A DNA stretch of 63,071 nucleotides, the filler included, from Octopus bimaculoides (Eukaryota), in assembly GCF_001194135.2 (NCBI RefSeq). It is 4 parts of 4 records of this genome, joined end to end, with 100 filler letters (N's around TTAATTAATTAA, not from the genome) between each part and the next. Parts side by side here need not be neighbours in the genome. Positions count along the whole stretch, not along the records: positions 1 to 24,881 come from NC_068987.1; 3 more parts are not named here. One strand, 5' to 3'. The notes below the pieces were generated by a model, which saw only the letters and a program-made list of their open reading frames with translations, made no database searches and was not told the origin of the DNA. Shown here in pieces: positions 1-11,332 of this stretch (the first letter of the stretch is position 1; each line of letters opens with the position of its first letter). Position numbers and translations under genes: made by a program.

Positions 1-1
1 C

Positions 2-65
<64 letters not shown>

Positions 66-396
66 CTTGTTCTTTGTAAACCTGGTACTTATTCAGTTGG
101 TCTCTTTTGCCAAACCACTAGATTACTGGGATGTAAACACGCCAGCATTGGTTGTCAAGCGATGGTGGGAGGGGACAAACACAAACACACGAATATATAT
201 GCATATATATATATATGCATATATATATATATATATGACAGGCTTCTTTCAGTTTCCGTCTACCAAATCCACTCACAAGGCTTTGGACAGCCCAAGGCTA
301 TAATAGAAGACACTTGCCCACGGTGTCATGCAGTGAGACTGAACCAGGAACCATGTGGTTGGGAAGCAAGCTTCTTACCACACAGCCATGCCTGTA
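66..396 (-). mobile_element. SINE family A (tRNA head + CORE-like block, internal microsatellite; OR-type octopus SINE)
   Basis: Reverse complement reads GGCATGGCTGTGTGGTAAG...GGTTCAGTCTCACTGCATGACACCGTGGGCAAGTGTCTT (A/B box-like, then CORE-like CCTTGGGCAAG). At least 10 homologous copies in the window. Confidence 0.85.
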
Positions 397-521
397 TAGC
401 ATGACTGGAGAAACCAACCAACCAACCAACCAGCCAACCAACAGCATATCAACTGCTATTATGCAGAGATTTGCAGAAATGTTTACATGTGAAAATGAAT
501 GTGAATAGTGTAATTGTAATA

Positions 522-735
522 TGTGGAAGATTAAAGTGGATGTGTTATGATGCTTTGAATGGTAGTTAAGCATTTAAGAGTAATGTCACTGGTAAGAAGT
601 TTGTTATCAATAATGGACTATCTCTTAATTGTAGGTCAGTTAATGCCATTTATTTAGCACAGTGTATAGAATGTGAGAATTTGGTACACAATATATGGGA
701 ATACAGGTATTACATCAACATAGGCAAATATATAA
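522..735 (+). pseudogene. Penelope-like element GIY-YIG endonuclease fragment
   Basis: Translates CGRLKWMCYDALNGS*AFKSNVTGKKFVINNGLSLNCRSVNAIYLAQCIECEN, then after a frameshift QYMG.TG. This is the PLE linker-Cys / C.S.N.IY...C..C...Y.G.T pattern. Confidence 0.65.
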
Positions 736-790
736 ACTGGAGCAGGGTCTTTGTATCTATCTATCTACATATACATATATACATATATAT

Positions 791-928
791 GAGTGGCTGG
801 CGTTAGGAAGGGCATCCAGCTGAAGAAACTCTGCCAAATTTAGATTGGAGCCTGGTGTTGCCATCCGGTTTCACCAGTCCTCAGTCAAATCGTCCAACCC
901 ATGCTAGCATGGAAAGCAGACGTTAAAC

Positions 929-976
<48 letters not shown>
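791..976 (+). mobile_element. Repeat family C 3' end (RTE-like tail ending in (GAT)n)
   Basis: GAGTGGCTGGCGTTAGGAAGGGCATCCAGC...GACGTTAAAC(GAT)n. Near-identical to the copies at 2014-2202 and 11125-11331. Confidence 0.8.
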
Positions 977-1182
977 ATAGTTGAAATTTACAGAAAAACA
1001 AAAGACGAACACAAATATATAAACAACAAGCTGGTGTATTAATTTGACGCTTGGGAAGGTTAGAAAGTCTTTTACGTTTCAAGCATATGCTCTTCAACAG
1101 AAAGGAACACGAGGAAATAAACAGAGAGAGAATAAAAAAAAACTTTTGGAGTGAGCAGTCAATCCTTCTTTTCTTAATTTTA

Positions 1183-1410
1183 TTCTTTTACTTGTTTCAG
1201 TCATTTGACTGCAGCCCTGATGGAGCACTGCCTTAAAGGGTTTTTTCCAGTTGAACAAATCAACCCTAGGACTTATTTCGTAAGCCTAGTACTTATTCTA
1301 TCAGTCTCTTTTGCTAAACTTCTAAGTTGTGGGAACATATACACACCAACACACCAGTTGTCAAGCAGTAATGTGGAGACAAACACAAACAGAAAGACAC
1401 AGATATATAT
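1183..1410 (-). mobile_element. SINE family A, 3' module
   Basis: CTTGTTTCAGTCATTTGACTGC...GGAGCAC tail shared with 22908-23570 and 34085-34473; runs into (TA)n and a gap. Confidence 0.85.
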
Positions 1411-1460
1411 NNNNNNNNNNNNNNNNNNNNNNNNNNNNNNNNNNNNNNNNNNNNNNNNNN

Positions 1461-1493
<33 letters not shown>

Positions 1494-1551
1494 CATACAT
1501 ATACATATACATATACATATATATATACATATGTACATACATATATATATA

Positions 1552-1830
1552 CAGAATTATAACAAGGGATTGGCAATAAGCATCTCCACGCACTACAAAA
1601 ATAGGCACCTAAAGATGATATTACCACCTTAAAAACTCTGAAAAATAAAGCACAGGCTGCAGTTGGGCAAAAGAAAGATAATGAATTAAAGTTTAATTCA
1701 TTAACTTTCTTTTGCCCAACTACAGCCCGTGTTTTATTTTTCAGAGTTTTTAAGGTGGTAAGAGCGTCTTTAGGCATCTATTTTTGTACTGCGTGGAGAT
1801 GCTTATAGTCAATCCCTCGTTGTAATTCTG
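1552..1830. mobile_element. Hairpin MITE, TA-flanked (Tc1/mariner type)
   Basis: CAGAATTATAACAAGGGATTG...CAATCCCTCGTTGTAATTCTG. The ~139-bp arms are symmetric about nt 1691 (ATGAATTAAA-G-TTTAATTCAT), with TA on both sides. Confidence 0.85.
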
Positions 1831-1945
1831 TATATAATTATTAAAATATTTGTAAAATTTACCTATAAGGTTTTTATTTCTGTGCTGAACCCCTGGTAAA
1901 ATCATTAATGATTTTTACCCTTTATTATAATATATATATATATAT

Positions 1946-2265
1946 AATGTTGTTTGTTTTGTATTCCATTTGTGTCTTTCGTTGTTCGAAAAATAATTCA
2001 TATTCCATGTACTCATCATCATCATCATCATCGTTTAACGTCCGCCTTCCATGCTAGCATGGGTTGGACGATTTGACTGAGGACTGGTGAAACCGGATGG
2101 CAACAGCAGGCTCCAATCTAATTTGGCAGAGTTTCTACAGCTGGATGCCCTTCCTAACGCCAACCACTCAGAGAGTGTAGTGGGTGCTTTTCCGTGTCAA
2201 CCGCACTTCATATTTTTTTGTTGTACAAGTTCGTGACATCCTGTGCCCACATACATATGTATATA
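1946..2265. repeat. Dispersed repeat family F, split by a family C insertion
   Basis: 1946-2012 plus 2204-2260 join to match the contiguous copy at 41445-41562. Confidence 0.7.
2014..2202 (-). mobile_element. Repeat family C 3' end
   Basis: (CAT)n-CGTTTAACGTCCGCC...CTGGATGCCCTTCCTAACGCCAACCACTC, the reverse complement of 791-976. Confidence 0.85.
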
Positions 2266-2699
2266 TGCGTATATATATATTATTTATATTATTATATGAT
2301 TGAATGCCACACATCCTCTTCGAAGTAAGTTTTATTTTAATAATTCTGATGCTCACTCTATATGATCTTTTTACCCTTTCATTTTTCTCTCTTTCTCTCT
2401 CTTATTCTTTTACCTCCTCTTCTTCCACTATTCTATCCTATTACTCTGTACTCTCTCTCTCCCTCACTCCTCCTCGCTTGCTCACATGGCTCCCACGTGA
2501 CGATCGGCCATCTTTCTTCTCCTAATTTGTGTTTCTGTCTTTCTCTTTATTATAGCTAAATCAAGGAAGATGTGTTCTTGTCTGTCTCCTGTCCAAGCTT
2601 GATTTACGCATCTGCCACCACAACCTCATTTAGGGTTAGTAGCCCTTCTTCTTTGTTTTTTTCACTGTCCTGCTTGTGTTACTAATTTTGACCCTCCGC

Positions 2700-2895
2700 A
2701 AAATCCCAAATTTTATTAAATTTGCTTTGCGGGAGCAACTGTTTTATCGAAAGCGTATACTGTTGTTAAATGCTCAAAATACGAGACTAGAGAAACAGCC
2801 AACAACTGATGAAGGGTCGTTCTTTATGTTGTTTGTCTTGTTTTCCATTTGTGTCTTTCATGGTTCAAAAACATAGTTCATATTCCATATACATT
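2700..2895. repeat. Dispersed repeat family F (probably Penelope-associated non-coding)
   Basis: TTTGCTTTGCGGGAGCAACTG...CAACTGATGAAGGGTCGTTC is near-identical to 41328-41562. Related pieces at 3935-4031, 33860-33910 and 58750-58913. The PLE link is inference. Confidence 0.7.
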
Positions 2896-3099
2896 TATNN
2901 NNNNNNNNNNNNNNNNNNNNNNNNNNNNNNNNNNNNNNNNNNNNNNNNNNNNNNNNNNNNNNNNNNNNNNNNNNNNNNNNNNNNNNNNNNNNNNNNNNNN
3001 NNNNNNNNNNNNNNNNNNNNNNNNNNNNNNNNNNNNNNNNNNNNNNNNNNNNNNNNNNNNNNNNNNNNNNTATATATATATATATATATATATATGTAT

Positions 3100-3252
3100 T
3101 CGAGCGAGTTTGTTGCCAGTCCCGCTGGACTGGCTCCTGTGCAGGTGGCATGTAAAATACACCATTTCGAGCATGGCCGTTGCCAGTACCTATTGACTGG
3201 CCTTCGTGCCAGTGACACGTAAAAGCACGTAAAAGCACCCACTACACTCACT
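3100..3252 (+). mobile_element. Repeat family C internal part
   Basis: GGTGGCATGTAAAA...ACGTAAAAGCACCCACTACACTC, shared with 5390-5560 and 11125. Confidence 0.7.
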
Positions 3253-3498
3253 AAGTAACAAGGATGTCAAGCTATTAGTGCATTACGACCATTTCAGGCA
3301 GCTCCATTTAATTGAAAACAATGCAAATATTACATCAATTTGAAATATTCCGCCTTCTTTGGATGCATAAGACCATATAGGTTTTCAACATACAGGATAC
3401 TTCATTAAACTTTTTAGCAAATATTGCATCTTAACAATAATACTGGACTGACTTGGTGCCTCAATTTAAGTACCTAATTCAACTGGATCTTAGATATT

Positions 3499-3541
<43 letters not shown>

Positions 3542-3544
3542 CAT

Positions 3545-3701
3545 ACAACGACTTCTTTCAGTTTCAGTCTACGAAACCCACTCACAAGGCTTTGGTCAGT
3601 CTGAGGCTGTAGCAGAAGACACTTGCCCAAGGTGCTATGCAGTGGAAGTGGACCTGGAACCATGTAGTTGGGAAAGAAATTACTTACCTCACAGCCACCC
3701 C
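3545..3701 (-). mobile_element. SINE family A, 5' module
   Basis: CTTCTTTCAGTTTC...GAAGACACTTGCCCAAGG...CACAGCCAC. Confidence 0.8.
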
Positions 3702-3885
3702 TATATATGTATATTCATACATTCATGCACATATATTTATTTAAAAGTTGTTGGCAGGAGGAGTCAAATGTCATATTCGACATAAGAAGTATGACTGACA
3801 AAAAAAGTGTCGGTTGTTGGATCCTAGTACGTTGAAATTGATGGGAGAGTCCATTCAAGATATATATGTATGTATATATATATAC

Positions 3886-3939
<54 letters not shown>

Positions 3940-4580
3940 ACATAAATAATATATAAATATATGCATATATCCATACATATATGTACATACCTACATCTAT
4001 ATGTATACATACATGCATATATGGGTACAGGNNNNNNNNNNNNNNNNNNNNNNNNNNNNNNNNNNNNNNNNNNNNNNNNNNNNNNNNNNNNNNNNNNNNN
4101 NNNNNNNNNNNNNNNNNNNNNNNNNNNNNNNNNNNNNNNNNNNNNNNNNNNNNNNNNNNNNNNNNNNNNNNNNNNNNNNNNNNNNNNNNNNNNNNNNNNN
4201 NNNNNNNNNNNNNNNNNNNNNNNNNNNNNNNNNNNNNNNNNNNNNNNNNNNNNNNNNNNNNNNNNNNNNNNNNNNNNNNNNNNNNNNNNNNNNNNNNNNN
4301 NNNNNNNNNNNNNNNNNNNNNNNNNNNNNNNNNNNNNNNNNNNNNNNNNNNNNNNNNNNNNNNNNNNNNNNNNNNNNNNNNNNNNNNNNNNNNNNNNNNN
4401 NNNNNNNNNNNNNNNNNNNNNNNNNNNNNNNNNNNNNNNNNNNNNNNNNNNNNNNNNNNNNNNNNNNNNNNNNNNNNNNNNNNNNNNNNNNNNNNNNNNN
4501 NNNNNNNNNNNNNNNNNNNNNNNNNNNNNNNNNNNNNNNNNNNNNNNNNNNNNNNNNNNNNNNNNNNNNNNNNNNNNNNN

Positions 4581-4799
4581 CAAGGTGAAAAGACAAATAG
4601 ATGAATACACTAGTGTGAAATTGGATAATTCCAATTCTAAAACCACATCATATATTCAATACACCTCAAAGTGAAAAGACAAATGAATAAATAAACTAGT
4701 GAAAAATTGGATAATTCCAATTATCCAGTTTTTCACTAGTCTATTCATCTATTTGTCTTTTCACCTTGTGCTGTATTGAATACATGATGTGATTTTAGA
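4581..4799. repeat. Fold-back structure: 81-bp inverted arms plus an upstream tandem copy (86-bp period)
   Basis: Arms 4636-4716 and 4719-4799 surround a 2-nt loop (GGATAATT-CC-AATTATCC). CAAGGTGAAAAGAC occurs at 4581 and CAAAGTGAAAAGAC at 4667. Confidence 0.85.
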
Positions 4800-4907
4800 G
4801 TCAGGATTTGTGTGCTATTTCAAGTATGGTGATATCTCTTAGACACACTTATTTATAATTTTAATAATAATTATAACCTATTAGGTATTTTTCTTCCCAT
4901 GTCTTTT

Positions 4908-5212
4908 ACAATAGCCTCAGCCCAGCCAAAGCCTTGTGAGTGGATTTGGTAGACAGAAACTGAAAGAAACCCATCATATATATCTATGTGTGTGTGTCTT
5001 TCTGTCTGTGTTTGTCCCCCACCATCACTTGACAATTGGTGTTGGTGTAATTATATCCCTCTCACTTAGCAGTTCTGCAAAGGAAACTGATAATAAAAGT
5101 AAGTACAAGGCTTAAAAAAAAAGTCCTGGGGTTGATTTGTTCAACTAAAACCCTTCACAGTGGTATCCCAGCATGGCAGCATTTAAATAAGTGAAACAAG
5201 TAAAAAATAAAA
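4908..5212 (+). mobile_element. SINE family A (5'-truncated, no CpG left)
   Basis: AAAGCCTTGTGAGTGGATTTGGTAGAC...CCCAGCATGGC...GAAACAAGTAAAA. Confidence 0.8.
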
Positions 5213-5224
5213 GTTATATAAAGT

Positions 5225-5700
5225 GAGTCCACAGCTGTAACCTACACCAGTGTCGCCTAACCAGCCCATTCAAAAGTACCTTGGATCGTAGGGTGACATG
5301 CTGTGCTTGAGGAGGCCTATTGAGTCAAGTACATCAACATCAGCAATATCAAAATCAAATCAAATGGGAATTGTAGTTGTGAGCTCCGTGCTAGTAGCAT
5401 GTAAAAAGTGCTATCAGAATGTGGCCGATGCCAGTGCTGCCTTGACTTGGCTTCCGTGCCGGTGGCATGTAAAATGCACCATCCGATCATGGTCAATGCC
5501 AGGTCTTTTGGCCCATGTGCCGGTGGCACATAAAACACACCCACTACACTCTCAGAGTGGTTAGTGTTAGGAAGGGCATCCAGCTGTAGAAACACTGCCA
5601 GATCAGATTGGGGCCTGGTGCAGCCTCCTGGCTTCCCAGACCCCAGTTGAACCACCCAACCCATGCCAGCATGGAAAATGATGATGTTGATGATGAGAAG
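5225..5700 (+). mobile_element. Repeat family C, longer copy
   Basis: Internal GGTGGCATGTAAAA repeats, then TTAGGAAGGGCATCCAGCTGTAGAAAC and a (GAT)n tail. Confidence 0.75.
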
Positions 5701-5762
5701 GCAGTATCCCAGCATGGCCACAACTTTGCACTGAAACCAATAAAAGATAAAAGATATACATA

Positions 5763-7436
5763 TGCAATATCTCACAGAAGTATGTACACCCCTAAAAATT
5801 TTCAGTAAAATTGCCAAGGGAAATCAAATGAAATTTATATTGAATAAAATATATTATATATGCTAACATTATANNNNNNNNNNNNNNNNNNNNNNNNNNN
5901 NNNNNNNNNNNNNNNNNNNNNNNNNNNNNNNNNNNNNNNNNNNNNNNNNNNNNNNNNNNNNNNNNNNNNNNNNNNNNNNNNNNNNNNNNNNNNNNNNNNN
6001 NNNNNNNNNNNNNNNNNNNNNNNNNNNNNNNNNNNNNNNNNNNNNNAAAGGAAATTTGCTATATTCAATATTTTATCCACTCTTTTAACTAAATTCAGAT
6101 ATTGTTGATAATTTTGATTCTAATAAATTATTTCTCCTGGCATTTTTGCACCAGTCATTATTATTGCATCTGCAGGAATTCTGATTTTTGTACCATGATG
6201 ACAATCTTCTTCATTGTGATTAAAATGGCACCAAAAGAAAAAGAATTGTCTGAAGATTTGAAGAAAATTTTTTTTAATTTGCACAAGAATAGTTTAGGAT
6301 ACAAGTTAATTAGCAAATGAATACATATTAGTGTAAACACAGTTGCCAAAGTAATTCAGAAGTACAAAGCTAGTGGGCGGTTAAGCAATATACATCATCC
6401 AGGTCATGCTTCTATTTTAACTATGCATATTTGCCACATCCAACGTTATGTGATGGACAACAGACATCGTACCACTTCATCTTTGGCCCAAGAAGTGTCT
6501 TCTGTTAGTGGAAAGAGTGTATCCACCCAAATAGTTTGCTGAAGTTTGAACCAGTGTGGTCTTCATGAATGTATTCCTCATAGGAAGGCTCTCCTCACTA
6601 CCAGGCATAAACCAAGTCATCTTCCTTTTAGCGAAACCTATGTGAGTAAGGGGAAGGAGTTCTGGAATAAAATTGTTTTTTTCTGATAAGACTAAAATCA
6701 ACTTGTTTGGATCAGATGATATTAAACGGGTATGGCGATGACCAGGTGAAGATAATAGCACCAAATGTATTGTGCCTACCGTGAAACACAGTAGCAGAAG
6801 TGTTATGCATTGGGGATGTGTGAGTGTGGCTGGTGTGGGAGGACTCACATCTATTGAGAGAACAATGGATTCAAGGCTTTATTGTGACATATTACAGAAA
6901 ACAATGTTGGACAGCATCAAGGAACTAGAAAAACATACCATAATCCAATACAATAATGACCCTAAACACACTTCAAAGATGACGACTAAGTTTTTATCAG
7001 ATAAAAAGTTAAAGGTATTGCCTTGGTCTACAATGTCACCTGATTTAAACCCAACAGAACATCTGTGGGGGGTTTTGAAAAGGAAGGTTGAGGAGAAAAA
7101 CCCCTCAATGTAACACAGTTGAAAGACATCATTCAGGATGAATGGAGGTCGATTTCATCAGTTATATGCAGAAATTTAGTCAACTCTATGCCCAGAAGAC
7201 TTAATGCAGTCATTGAAAGCAAGGGCAGTCACATCAAATATTGAATATAGCAAATAATCCATTAGGGTGTACATATTTTTGTATTGCTTGAAAATTAATA
7301 TTTCGTTCATATCTTTGAAAATGTTTATTGTTTTGTGTTCCAAACTTGTATAATGTTTGCATGTATAATATATCTTATTCAGTATAAATTTCGTTTGATT
7401 TCCTTCGATAGTATCAGAGTAAGGGCAATTTTATTG
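5763..7436 (+). mobile_element. Tc1-family DNA transposon (defective)
   Basis: Left end TGCAATATCTCACAGAAGTATGTACACCCCT; inverted AGGGTGTACATATTTTTGT at ~7264; transposase pseudogene between them. The right outer end probably lies in the gap at 7437-7701. Confidence 0.85.
6225..7244 (+). pseudogene. Tc1 transposase (DD34E) pseudogene
   Basis: MAPKEKELSEDLKK..LGYKLISK* ... SDKTKINLFGSD ... PTVKH..SVMHWGC ... QYNNDPKHTSK ... WSTMSPDLNPTEHLWGVLKRKV ... MPRRLNAVIESKGSHIKY*. Several stops and frameshifts; second catalytic D mutated to N; 34-aa spacing to E. Confidence 0.95.
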
Positions 7437-7917
7437 NNNNNNNNNNNNNNNNNNNNNNNNNNNNNNNNNNNNNNNNNNNNNNNNNNNNNNNNNNNNNNNN
7501 NNNNNNNNNNNNNNNNNNNNNNNNNNNNNNNNNNNNNNNNNNNNNNNNNNNNNNNNNNNNNNNNNNNNNNNNNNNNNNNNNNNNNNNNNNNNNNNNNNNN
7601 NNNNNNNNNNNNNNNNNNNNNNNNNNNNNNNNNNNNNNNNNNNNNNNNNNNNNNNNNNNNNNNNNNNNNNNNNNNNNNNNNNNNNNNNNNNNNNNNNNNN
7701 NNTAAATTTATATAAACAGCTAGGTGCAATGTGATACCATAAAGGAAAATTTCAATTGCCATTAAGTGTAACTAAGGGTGCTCAAGTACCTACATTGCTA
7801 GAAATAAGAGTTAAAATACTCTTAATGCTGCAAGAGGAGTGCAAATATATACACATATACTGACATATATGTATGTATATGTGTATGTATGTATGTATGT
7901 ATGTATGTATCTATCTG

Positions 7918-7987
<70 letters not shown>

Positions 7988-10100
7988 ATCAACGTACACC
8001 AATTCTTGTTCATAAGTGTTGAAAGGTCATAGAAAATCTGCCTCAACAAATTCCATCTCACTCTTGCAAGCATGAAAATGTGGACCTTAAATGAGGATGA
8101 TGATAGCAATGATAATGATGATGATGATGATACTGATACAAAACGTACATGTATGTATATTTCACACATGAGACACTATGTATGGGTATGCTACCATTTA
8201 TTTTAAAATTGTTTTCTTGCCTCTTATCTGCCTAACTCCCTTTATTTTCAACTTTCCTTCTCTACATTAGTATGTGCATGATTCCTAAAACTCCTGTATT
8301 TTATATATATGCAAGTATATACATATGACATATGCAGGTGTGTTGCAGTCATTATAACACAGCACACACGTTTATTGTTTCCATAAGGCAATATTCAGGA
8401 ATTTGTGTTCTCTGAAGGAAATTAGTTCTTAAAATTAACAAGAAACACATTCCTTTTTTTATCATTATTTTTCTTTTTGTTCTTGCTGGAACAAGATGGT
8501 GGTGCTAGTGGTGGAGTGGGGGATGCGGCAGGGAAGAGAGAATAAAGAAGTGAATTGATGCTGTAGGTTATGATGGGGGCAGTTGTGATGTGGTTGATGA
8601 GGTGATGGAAAGGGTGTGATGATATTGTTGGAAAGATAAGAGGCAGAGTGAAAGTGTCATGGTAAAATGGTAAAATGTGATGGCACTATTATTAAGGTTG
8701 TTGTTGTTGTCGTTTTGGTGGTGGNNNNNNNNNNNNNNNNNNNNNNNNNNNNNNNNNNNNNNNNNNNNNNNNNNNNNNNNNNNNNNNNNNNNNNNNNNNN
8801 NNNNNNNNNNNNNNNNNNNNNNNNNNNNNNNNNNNNNNNNNNNNNNNNNNNNNNNNNNNNNNNNNNNNNNNNNNNNNNNNNNNNNNNNNNNNNNNNNNNN
8901 NNNNNNNNNNNNNNNNNNNNNNNNNNNNNNNNNNNNNNNNNNNNNNNNNNNNNNNNNNNNNNNNNNNNNNNNNNNNNNNNNNNNNNNNNNNNNNNNNNNN
9001 NNNNNNNNNNNNNNNNNNNNNNNNNNNNNNNNNNNNNNNNNNNNNNNNNNNNNNNNNNNNNNNNNNNNNNNNNNNNNNNNNNNNNNNNNNNNNNNNNNNN
9101 NNNNNNNNNNNNNNNNNNNNNNNNNNNNNNNNNNNNNNNNNNNNNNNNNNNNNNNNNNNNNNNNNNNNNNNNNNNNNNNNNNNNNNNNNNNNNNNNNNNN
9201 NNNNNNNNNNNNNNNNNNNNNNNNNNNNNNNNNNNNNNNNNNNNNNNNNNNNNNNNNNNNNNNNNNNNNNNNNNNNNNNNNNNNNNNNNNNNNNNNNNNN
9301 NNNNNNNTATATATATAATGTACATAAAAACATGCATCATAAAATTGTCCTATTTATATGCTAGTATATAGTAAAACAAAACCTAAACATACACAGATGT
9401 TAACACATCAACAGACCAAGGAAATGATCTACTCACAGGCAAACATATATGCAAGAATACAAATGCTTCTAGACATTTACACATAAACATACCGAAATAA
9501 ACCAATAAAATTACTTCCTTATTTAGAAGTAGGTGAAGAGTGAAGCATGAAATATCAATATTTTCTGAATGATTAACCACACCATTATTATCTATCAATG
9601 GAATATTAGCTTTTATCGATTTTCAAAAATTAGGGAAACGGCAGTTGCAATGTTTCTGTCTTTATTGAAGGCAAAATGAAATATAAAGAAAGTGAACTGA
9701 ATATGACTGGAAATTGAAACCGGGTCTTGAGATCATTGGCTGGAATGTCTCTCCAATTAGTGTTGATCTGGGACTAAACAATAACAACAACAACAACTAC
9801 TACTACTACTACTACTACTACTATTACTACTACTACTACTATTACTACTACTACTATACAATTAAAACCTATCACCGCATGTTATATCATTAAACTATCT
9901 CCGCACCACTCTAGTATTATAGCCACAACCACTAAAGTAACCACTACATCCTTGCAGTCACTATCACAACACTACTACAGCTTCTACTATAACATTATGG
10001 TCCCCCCCTCCACATCCATGCCAATAGAGGCCATACTGCACTCACTGCTCTACAGCAATCCAGCACACCACTAAAACAATTCTCACACTACTCCATATTT

Positions 10101-10328
10101 CTTTATTGCCCACAAGGGGCTAAACATAGAGGGGACAAACAAGGACAGACAAAGGGATTAAGTCGATTACATCGACCCCAGTGCGAAATTGGTACTTAAT
10201 TTATCGATCCTGAAAGGATGAAAGGCAAAGTCGACCTTGGCGGAATTTGAACTCGGAATGTAACAGCAGACGAAATACTGCAAAGCATTTCGTCCGACGT
10301 GCTAACGTTTCTGCCAGCTCGCCGCCCA
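10101..10328 (-). mobile_element. SINE family B (tRNA head GAGCTGGCAGAA...GAGTTCAAATTCC, Meta-domain-like body)
   Basis: Reverse complement of the 61936-62148 copy; CTTTCATCCTTTC-GGGTCGATAAATTAAGTACC block. Confidence 0.85.
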
Positions 10329-10700
10329 TCCACATCTCAAGAATCAAACACTAAAATACTTTCAACTACCTCTTACACAGCTACAGTCATTATTTATCTG
10401 TTCAGCTGCCATATGAGAACACAAAGGAACGGTTGAGAGAGACTTACTCAAAAGATATAGCAGAATTATAAATCATAAGCCCAAAGACAAGGCATGTAAG
10501 CACATCTCTGCAATTAAAAAAATAAGAACTTTTACTCCCTTTAGCGACTGTCTTCTTCATCTGTTAATAAATTGCATATAATGCATAAAATATAAATATA
10601 TATTGCTTTGTATGCATTAAGTAAGCAGTCTTTTTGATGAATTCAATTCAAAAACACTACAAGCTATACATTATTATTATTATTATTTTTATTATTATTA

Positions 10701-10909
10701 AGGCAGTGAGCTGGCAGAATTGTTAGCACGCTGGATGAAATGCTTAGAGGTATTTTATCTGCTGCTAGATTCTGAGTTCAAATTCCATCAAAGTCGACTT
10801 TGCCTTTCATCCTTTCGGGGTTGATTAAATAAGTACCAGTGAAACACTGGGGTCGATGTAATGAACTTAATCCCCTCTCCTAAGCTGCCCTTGTGGGAAA
10901 AATTTGAAA

Positions 10910-10910
<1 letters not shown>
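10701..10910 (+). mobile_element. SINE family B (CpG-eroded)
   Basis: GAGCTGGCAGAATTGTTAG...GAGTTCAAATTCC...CTTTCATCCTTTCGGGG; sits between (TTA)n runs. Confidence 0.85.
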
Positions 10911-10954
<44 letters not shown>

Positions 10955-11071
10955 CTTTCAAGATGGATAAATTAAGTACCAGTTGAGCACTGGAGTCAAT
11001 CTAATTGCCTTATGCCCTCCCAAAAATTGCTGGCCTTGTACCAAAATTTGAAACTATTATTATTATTGTTG

Positions 11072-11102
<31 letters not shown>

Positions 11103-11124
11103 CATTATTATTATTATTATTATT

Positions 11125-11290
11125 GGTACGTAAAAGCAACTACTACACTCTCAGAGTGGTTGGCGTTAGGAAGGGCATCCAGCTGTAGAAACTCTGCCAA
11201 ATCAGATTGGAGCCTGGTGTAGCCACCTGGTCCACCAGTCCTCAGTCAAATCGTCCAACCCATGCTAGCATGGAAAGCTGACGTTAAACA

Positions 11291-11331
<41 letters not shown>
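11125..11331 (+). mobile_element. Repeat family C 3' end
   Basis: GAGTGGTTGGCGTTAGGAAGGGCATCCAGCTGTAG...GACGTTAAAC(AAT/GAT)n. Confidence 0.85.

Positions 11332-11332
<1 letters not shown>

Noticed and set aside
2795-2825. CTGATGAAGGG in family F as a hammerhead core (also 41424)
   Set aside because: No downstream stem II-GAAA-GUH follows; at most a remnant.
3855-4674. Long ORFs spanning N gaps (also 8657-9371, 14694-15756, 35159-35873, 48449-49571, 50491-51480)
   Set aside because: They are open only because N codons are not stops; the flanks are (TA)n/(CA)n giving IYIY/CVCV/THTH.
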